Shown here: positions 9,719 through 16,051 of the stretch, one piece after another | Position numbering within the stretch: the stretch's first letter is position 1 | Layout of the letters: every line of letters starts with the position of its first letter | Source: Candidatus Methylomirabilis limnetica | GTDB lineage: Bacteria; Methylomirabilota; Methylomirabilia; Methylomirabilales; Methylomirabilaceae | DNA length: 32,000 nt | Direction: 5' to 3' | NCBI RefSeq assembly: GCF_003044035.1 | Contig: NZ_NVQC01000038.1 | Location: forward strand, 1 to 32,000 | Program-made: the position numbers and the translations under genes | The notes under the pieces: generated by a model | Database searches by the model: none | What the model was told of the DNA's origin: nothing | The model's input: the letters and a program-made list of their open reading frames with translations, nothing else

Positions 9719-9762
9719 CGTCATTACAGACTAACCAGGCGTACCGTAAGCCCCGTTATCTT

Positions 9763-10330
9763 TCATGGCACCGACGCTTGCAATGGCGTCGCCTCCCTTG
9801 CAGATCGGCTGATAGCAAGGTAACAGATAATGGCTATAAGGAATTGCCCCGTATAGGCAATGCTGGAGGCCAAGGCAGCACCTATCACACCGTATCGAGG
9901 GATGAGGACCAAGTCCAAAACCACTGTGAGAGCCACTACAACGCCCGCGTTAATGGAGTTATAGGCAGGGCGCCCCCCCTCTCCCGGTAATGTCGCTGCT
10001 GAACACCTTGACACCGCCCAGGAGCACAACGCCCGCCAACAGCACCAGCATTGGCATATAAGCACTCACAAATGCCGACGCGTAGATAACAGGTATCGAG
10101 GCAGCTCCCCACCTCTACAGCAGATCCATCCGAGCCCTCACCACATAGATCCACCCCACAGTCATCACCACGGACTGAAGTAGTCCAACGATGGACAGGA
10201 CCTACACGATCGAAATCGTGGGTGCCCACTTCGGGCCGCGCACACAAAGCAGCCCGAGAATTAGGGGAACGTCACCGTAGCCATCGCCAAGAGCGCCCTA
10301 AGATCCGCAGCGCTAACCCGCGGCAAATCG
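9763..10330 (-). pseudogene. Remnant of a second Wzx/MOP-type flippase (C-terminal part only)
   Basis: My minus-strand translation gives GYGDVPLILGLLCVRGPKWAPTISIV(TAG 10202-10204)VLSIVGLLQSVVMTVGWIYVVRARMDLL(TAG 10115-10117)RWGAASIPVIYASAFVSAYMPMLVLLAGVVLLGGVKVFSSDITG. A frameshift near the C-run at about 9975-9990 then leads into RPAYNSINAGVVVALTVVLDLVLIPRYGVIGAALASSIAYTGQFLIAIICYLAI. This parallels FGPKWGEAIRLVQILAFLGVLKSF... of the intact flippase at 12211..13638. Confidence 0.6.
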
Positions 10331-10358
10331 TCCGCTATCTCTGACAGCGCCGAAAACA

Positions 10359-12194
10359 TCACACGGCTTCCAATCCCGATAATGTCATTGATGGGCTTTC
10401 TCGATATCTCTTTTCGAACACTTGCTGCAACCAAATTTCGAGTGTTAGATACCGACACAGCATCTCGGCGTAGTTAATTCCATTCATATAGTCCAGGCCC
10501 CCCACAAGAAAAGCATCAAGAGCCTCGATCACTCGCCATCGTGGGTAGAATTCTGGATATAATGCGGCCGGATTCTCAAGAATTTGGGAAAAAAAGGAGC
10601 GAGCTGGCTCTTGGCGGATCCAATTTGGATAATCGGTGTAATTCGCATCTGATTTCCAATTAATTCCTATCTTGGCCAGGCGCCAACTAGCGGCGCGATG
10701 GAGCCGACGCCTAAACTTTCCAGCCCGTTCTGCGACTGACGGCCAGTTAATGGGAACCCCGGTTTTTTGCCACGGAACTCCTTTATAGAACAATGGGAAG
10801 TTCTGGAGAAGCATCCGCTTGTAGATGAAACTTTTGTACCTTAATTCATTGGGAAGAGAATACACATATTCAAAAAGTTTGTTATCATAAAATGGCGTGC
10901 GAAACACGACTGCTGTTTGCGCATACTTGATCCCAGTAAACGCGAATCTTCGGAGGCGATTTTGCAGAAAATAGAAATCAGACGTATGAAGTGCCGAATA
11001 TTCCTTGAAACTTGTCAGGAGATCAGGATTACATCGCATAGCCTGGGCAACAAGTTCGCGGCTTGCTGGCCGATGAACCAGTTCCTGTGTCAAAAAACTG
11101 CCACCCAGAATGACATCGCCGGCATGTCCGTGCACAACAATGTCAAACCATTCGCGATACAGATTAAGCCCCTCAATGCCGTGCATGTGCAAAAGGGCCA
11201 GTTCGCCATCCGTCCACCAGACACCGCCAAGCCGGGGAAGCAACCAATTCTGAGCTGTCAACTCGACAATGTGGTGTGTGGCCCTTTTAAGTTTTGCGAC
11301 CCTTGCAGCAATCCGAATATCGTCGCAGCCCGGTTTGCCGAACGTGACAGTTTGGAGTGACGTACCCTGCTGGGGCATCGCTGCCAAGATTGCGCGTGAA
11401 TCTAGACCTCCGCTTAGCTCGATGCCGAACCGATGCTGGCTACTGGACCGTCGCAGCACCGCTTGTATGAATAGTCGACCAAGCTCTTCGGCGATTTCGG
11501 TGTTGTCAAATGGCCCCCTCAGAGGTTCTATGTCTGCCCACCACCAATAACGCTGCTTCTGCACAGAAGAGGTAGAGAGATTAACGGTTAATACGCTGCC
11601 AGGTGAAAGGAGGTGAACACCCAAAAACCAGGTTCGGTCCTCGAGCAAATAACCGATCTCGAGGAATTCGGTGATTGCCTCGGGATCAATACGAGGAGCA
11701 AAGAGGGGGAATGCGAGGAACGCCTTTAACTCGGAGGCCCAGACCACAGAGTCACCGACGATTGTCCAATAGAGCTGACGCATGGCGTAACGATCGGTGA
11801 TCAAATGCAGTGCTTGTCGCGGGCGGTCATAAATGACTGCAGAGTAATCCCCATCAATCCGTCGCAGAAACGAGAAGCTGCCATGATTTTGGATGAAGAG
11901 TTCGCCCAATAGGGCGGCGTCACTTGATATGCTCGCGTGCCGTCCGTTAGATAATTCGTCGCGGTTATAAAGCTCGCCATCCAGCCACACCAAAACCTCA
12001 CCTTCTTTGTGTGGCTGCGACTGAGATGGCAGGACGTTAATGTGAGATCTGGAAACAGCCACTAGGGAATCAGTAAACAGTTGATCCCCTTTATAAAATG
12101 ATTGGTGCGCAATCATGGCACGCATTTTTTCTAAGATGCGTCCCTCATCCTGTGCGAGCGCAGGACCAAGAGTGAATCCGACTAAGCCAGGCAT
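10359..12194 (-). CDS. Asparagine synthase (AsnB)-family amidoligase lacking the N-terminal Cys nucleophile
   Basis: The PP-loop ELSGGLDSRAILAAM is present, together with GATase-II-like remnants (DGELYNRDEL, IDGDYSAVIYDRPRQALHLITDRYAMRQLYW). The first ATG is at 12194, giving MPGLVGF where the family has MCGIxG. The track start at 12206 is a TTG. Confidence 0.8.
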   Translation of the reverse strand: MPGLVGFTLGPALAQDEGRILEKMRAMIAHQSFYKGDQLFTDSLVAVSRSHINVLPSQSQPHKEGEVLVWLDGELYNRDELSNGRHASISSDAALLGELFIQNHGSFSFLRRIDGDYSAVIYDRPRQALHLITDRYAMRQLYWTIVGDSVVWASELKAFLAFPLFAPRIDPEAITEFLEIGYLLEDRTWFLGVHLLSPGSVLTVNLSTSSVQKQRYWWWADIEPLRGPFDNTEIAEELGRLFIQAVLRRSSSQHRFGIELSGGLDSRAILAAMPQQGTSLQTVTFGKPGCDDIRIAARVAKLKRATHHIVELTAQNWLLPRLGGVWWTDGELALLHMHGIEGLNLYREWFDIVVHGHAGDVILGGSFLTQELVHRPASRELVAQAMRCNPDLLTSFKEYSALHTSDFYFLQNRLRRFAFTGIKYAQTAVVFRTPFYDNKLFEYVYSLPNELRYKSFIYKRMLLQNFPLFYKGVPWQKTGVPINWPSVAERAGKFRRRLHRAASWRLAKIGINWKSDANYTDYPNWIRQEPARSFFSQILENPAALYPEFYPRWRVIEALDAFLVGGLDYMNGINYAEMLCRYLTLEIWLQQVFEKRYRESPSMTLSGLEAV

Positions 12195-12210
12195 GGGAAC
12201 CCCCAAGCAA

Positions 12211-13638
12211 TTAGTTCGCTAAAAGCCGCCACAGATCTTTAATGTACTGCCGCTCAAAGTAACTGATTTGTAAAACAAAGATCGTGCTTCCAATGAGGCA
12301 CAGAGAAAGAAGGAGCACAATATGGTTTCCAATTAAGACAGTCAGGATATTATTACTCAAAAGCACGGCGCTTGCCATAACGGTCACAAACGTCGCAGGG
12401 CGCACAAAAACAAGTAGGTACTGTCGCAATGGCAAATCTATCAGGCGGCAAACAATCCATACGAAAGGAAGGAAATACAGACCGACAAGGATCACATGTG
12501 AAATCGCCACAGCGGCGACACCATAATGCACAACTGCCGCGAACGTAATGGCGTTCAGGGTAGCACTAAAGCACTCCCACTTGAAATCGATGTCCACGCG
12601 ACCCTTTGCCAGCAAGACGGAGCCAGACGGGTTAGCAAAAGACTTCAACACGCCGAGAAAGGCAAGGATTTGAACCAAGCGGATGGCTTCCCCCCACTTT
12701 GGGCCGAATACGAGAGGTACCAAAACCGGTGCGGTCAGACCTGCTCCAATTAGCACTGGTAGTGTCGTGAAGGCCAGGAATTTGGCAATGGCGAGATACC
12801 CGCGGCGCAAGGCTGCATTATCAGACTGAACCTTCGCGAACAAGGGGAAGGCAACGCTGGTCAGAATCGGGTTGATCGTAGTCAAAGGAAGAACGACTAA
12901 TTGATAAGCGAGAGTGTAACTGCCTAAGGCGTGGGGCCCGAGAGCGCGGCCGATAACAAGATAGTCGATGTTAGCGGAAATGTAATTGACGAAGCGCTCA
13001 CCCATCTGATAAAGACCGAAGTTGATGTAGCCCCTGAGATCGCGAAGGTCAAAGTGCCATGTCGGGTGCCAAGAGTGTCGGCCAAAAGCGACATACAGTG
13101 TCGCCGTAGTGGCTGCCGTGGCTAATTGCGCTAAAATGAGAGAGAAAACACCATGACCACGGAATGCGAAAATGACCGCTACGGCAGAGCCGATGGTTAC
13201 AGCGATCATCTGGATGCGGGCGAGCAAAGCAAAATTGAGGTCTCTTTGCATGACATTGCGAAAAACGAAGCCGATAGCGTTAATTAAGAATAGGGGGGCA
13301 CACCAGGGTAGCAACATTCTCAGTTGAGGTTCAGCATAGAAGGTCGAGAATAGTGGAGTCGAGGCGATGATGAAGGTGGAGACCGCGGTTGCAAAGGTAA
13401 GATTGAGCCAATATAGGCTGGCCAACTGGTGAGAGGTAGTATCACGGCGTTGAATGATCGCATTACCTGTTCCTAGATCCATGAAGGCATCAATCAAGCC
13501 GAGCAGAATGGAAATCATTGCCATTAGACCGAAATCGACGGGTGTCAAAAGGCGGCTAAGGATCGCAATCCTGAGCGTCTGAAGACCCACACGGAAGATG
13601 GCAGAAACAGTCGTCCACTTGACCCCATGTACAGCCAC
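12211..13638 (-). CDS. wzx: Wzx-type polysaccharide flippase (MOP superfamily)
   Basis: 475 aa and polytopic. It has the family-typical N-terminus LRIAILSRLLTPVDFGLMAMI and the motif LVFGPKWGEAIRLVQILAFLGVLKSF. The start codon is GTG, so the start is uncertain. Confidence 0.8.
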   Translation of the reverse strand: MAVHGVKWTTVSAIFRVGLQTLRIAILSRLLTPVDFGLMAMISILLGLIDAFMDLGTGNAIIQRRDTTSHQLASLYWLNLTFATAVSTFIIASTPLFSTFYAEPQLRMLLPWCAPLFLINAIGFVFRNVMQRDLNFALLARIQMIAVTIGSAVAVIFAFRGHGVFSLILAQLATAATTATLYVAFGRHSWHPTWHFDLRDLRGYINFGLYQMGERFVNYISANIDYLVIGRALGPHALGSYTLAYQLVVLPLTTINPILTSVAFPLFAKVQSDNAALRRGYLAIAKFLAFTTLPVLIGAGLTAPVLVPLVFGPKWGEAIRLVQILAFLGVLKSFANPSGSVLLAKGRVDIDFKWECFSATLNAITFAAVVHYGVAAVAISHVILVGLYFLPFVWIVCRLIDLPLRQYLLVFVRPATFVTVMASAVLLSNNILTVLIGNHIVLLLSLCLIGSTIFVLQISYFERQYIKDLWRLLAN

Positions 13639-13963
13639 TTCTCGGTGCTGGTCTTTTGATGGAGAACATTGGAGTCGGATATCAGCGTGTCCATTGGATT
13701 AAGAAGTAAAGTTGTACCAAGAATAACCAGTAGTCAGACCGCATGGTACTGAGTCTGGGCGACGCCGGAAATGTACAGTATGTCCACAACCACCACGAAT
13801 CTCCTCATGTTGGCTTCCAGACGGTACGATCGACCTCTTGCCCTTGACCCCTTACACGGAAAACGAACTGTCCTGTCGTGAGTATGTAACAAGGTCTCGC
13901 TGAGATCGGCTATTTTTGACCTGCTCATTTAATTCTCACATCCGGCTAACAGCCGTTTAACCC

Positions 13964-14938
13964 TCACCGAATCAACCTTCTCAGGCGCCTATAAACGTGG
14001 TACATCGGATTCTCCCAACGCGATACCTTTACCCGCATTCGGGCGGCTCCAAAGGACTCCTTGAACGCCACAACGCCCGCATGTCCTCCGCTCGGATTAA
14101 AGTCGTACCACCGGTATCCGCACCCGTGAGCATCCCTGATAATCTCGGATTGCAAGAGGTTCGTCGGGCTATACGAGAAATACGATTCTAGCCCGGCACC
14201 ATGCCACCAGACCGCGTGCCAGCCATTCCAGTAAAAAACCAAAGCGCCCGCCACCACCAGACCACGCACTTCGGCAATCCACAGCCGGCACGCTTCACTT
14301 GACTGAGCGTACTCTCTTATGGCTTCGAAAAGTTGCCATGGGTATCTGCTCGTAACACTTCCCCCCCACCGTCGGAGGCTGTCATGGTAGACTGCATAGT
14401 AGGCTTTGAAATCCTCCAGTGATTCCGCGATTCGGACTTTCACGCCCATCTTCACCGCCTTTTTTACACTATACCGATTACCATGGCTGGTTCCTCGAAG
14501 CACCTGATCAATCCCGGCGGAGAGGTCGAGAACGTGCGTGAAGTCGTTACTTGCAAGGAACGGCCTGGGCAGCTCGAACGGCGCATACGGATTCTCAACA
14601 ATCGTCAGTTCGATTGTACGAGGGCCGGTCAGCCTTGAAAGGATAGATTCGATCTCCCATTGAGCGAGACGACGCGTCGAAATAACACCACCGTAAACAT
14701 TTGCTGCAGTCATCGCGTACCCATGCATAAGCCCGCCCAGATGGATTGAAGTTTCGACGGCAGGCACGATCGCCACGCGCTGGTCGTCCAGCAAGAAACC
14801 TCGTGCACATCGACGAACTGCTAGTCCGGCCGTTTCGAAGAGTCTGCCCCATGCCGGCGTGTGGAAAAACGTCGCGTATTCGCAATTTCGCGCGACGTCC
14901 TCCCACAGCGTGTCCGATACCCATCCAAGCTCACGCAT
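13964..14938 (-). CDS. FemAB-like / GNAT-fold acyl(aminoacyl)transferase
   Basis: 324 aa. It contains FFHTPAWGRLFE near the N-terminus and WWHGAGLESYFSYSPTNLLQSEIIRDAHGCGYRWYDFNPSGGHAGVVAFKESFGA, as in FemAB / Acetyltransf_6 proteins found in EPS loci. Confidence 0.7.
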   Translation of the reverse strand: MRELGWVSDTLWEDVARNCEYATFFHTPAWGRLFETAGLAVRRCARGFLLDDQRVAIVPAVETSIHLGGLMHGYAMTAANVYGGVISTRRLAQWEIESILSRLTGPRTIELTIVENPYAPFELPRPFLASNDFTHVLDLSAGIDQVLRGTSHGNRYSVKKAVKMGVKVRIAESLEDFKAYYAVYHDSLRRWGGSVTSRYPWQLFEAIREYAQSSEACRLWIAEVRGLVVAGALVFYWNGWHAVWWHGAGLESYFSYSPTNLLQSEIIRDAHGCGYRWYDFNPSGGHAGVVAFKESFGAARMRVKVSRWENPMYHVYRRLRRLIR

Positions 14939-15012
14939 CGCGGGATCCCAGGAAGGCGAGATACCTCAGTATCGCCGAGAGCACTTCAATCCGCGGATAT
15001 GTTTTCATCGGA

Positions 15013-15651
15013 TTACGCCTCGATCAGGATGTCATAATACGGGACGTTAAGAAGATAGCTCTCATCTGCACGTTGAGCGAGAAACATTTCCCTTCGGGCC
15101 AGCCAGTTCAGAGAGCAAACGAATAGCCCCGGTAGACAATTAGCCATACGGATGAAAATAGTGGATAGCTTGGAATTTTGCCTACTGCGAATTCGCCGTA
15201 CAGTTTTGACACGAAAGTCTTTCGACAGCTCGGGAATATAATCGGACTCCATGCTCGCTCGGGCCACGCTTCCTGAGGAACGACCAGAGAGGCTGGCCTG
15301 TTCGATGAGAATCTGACGTCCGCTTAGCACGAGAACGCGACGTATTTCGGACACAATTCGTGGGAAATCTGAACCTCCCACGAGGTATTGCATGACCCAA
15401 CATGATAGGCACGTATCAAAAACCACATCCGGACCAGCGAGAACTAGATCCAAGGAGTCGGCACACCTTACCGAAGGATGCTCGGCCCAGAGCTGCTGTC
15501 GCCGCTCTGGGCTCGATTCACAAATCCAGGAAAGGACGCCAAGGTCGGCGAAGTTTCGAACCAGGTTTTTTCCCTAGTAGCCAGCGCCGATACAGGCGAT
15601 CACGGCCTTAGGCGGTGATTTCTCGCGTCCATCGCAGTTATCATTGGGCAT
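15013..15651 (-). pseudogene. Chimeric pseudogene: Gfo/Idh/MocA-type oxidoreductase N-terminus (with premature TAG) joined to the C-terminal half of a class-I methyltransferase-like protein
   Basis: Translation from the ATG at 15651..15649 gives MPNDNCDGREKSPPKAVIACIGAGY(TAG 15574-15576)GKNLVRNFADLGVLSWICESSPERRQQLWAEHPSVRCADSLDLVLAGPDV, a Rossmann GAGYWGKN motif with the Trp codon mutated to a stop. The same frame continues as VFDTCLSCWVMQYLVGGSDFPRIVSEIRRVLVLSGRQILIEQ, which looks like methyltransferase post-I/II motifs. Confidence 0.6.
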
Positions 15652-15654
15652 CCA

Positions 15655-16015
15655 GTGTCTCCCCTCACCCCCCCATCCTCACCTTCCCCCTCGTAGGGGG
15701 GAAGGGACAAATCCACCCACAGCTTCGACCTCTTTCCCCCTTAAAGGGAGATCACACTTTAGACCTCCTCCCCCCTTGAACGGGCCCACAACTGAATAAA
15801 GGCTCATGGTATGAAACTGTGGGTTACAGTTTCGACCTCCTCTTACCCCCCCATCCTCACCTTCCCCCTCGTGGGGGGGAAGGGAAGTGCGGTGGTACCT
15901 TCACCCGGTGGGGGGAAGGGATAAATCACCCACAGTTTCGACCTCTTTCCCCCTTGAAGGGAGATCACACTTTAAGCCTCCTCCCCCCTTGAGGGGGAGG
16001 ATTGAGGTGGGGGGG
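15655..16015 (+). repeat. Composite GC-rich hairpin repeat array (two direct copies of modules A + C)
   Basis: Copy 1 spans about 15668-15780 and copy 2 about 15846-16013. They share CCCCCCATCCTCACCTTCCCCCTCGTrGGGGGGAAGGGA ... CACCCACAGyTTCGACCTCTTTCCCCCTTrAAGGGAGATCACACTTTA..CCTCCTCCCCCCTTGA. Copy 2 carries an extra 36 nt (AGTGCGGTGGTACCTTCACCCGGTGGGGGGAAGGGA). Confidence 0.85.
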
Positions 16016-16051
16016 AGAGCCGAATAAAATAACACCATACGATGCGTAACT

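Noticed and set aside
10261-10458. 65-aa minus-strand ORF overlapping the AsnB-like 3' end
   Set aside because: It overlaps the end of a well-supported gene in another frame and runs into the flippase remnant, so it is probably a by-product of the decayed region.
13734-13928. 64-aa ORF in the 325-bp gap between the FemAB-like gene and wzx
   Set aside because: It has no motif and no convincing ribosome-binding context and is compositionally unremarkable. The gap more likely holds regulatory sequence, though I cannot define a promoter by eye.
16021-16051. Intrinsic terminator after the PGT-fusion stop (repeat hairpins such as CCTCCCCCtcaaGGGGGGAGG on the transcript)
   Set aside because: The stems are strong but are not followed by a U-tract, so I cannot call a canonical Rho-independent terminator from sequence alone.
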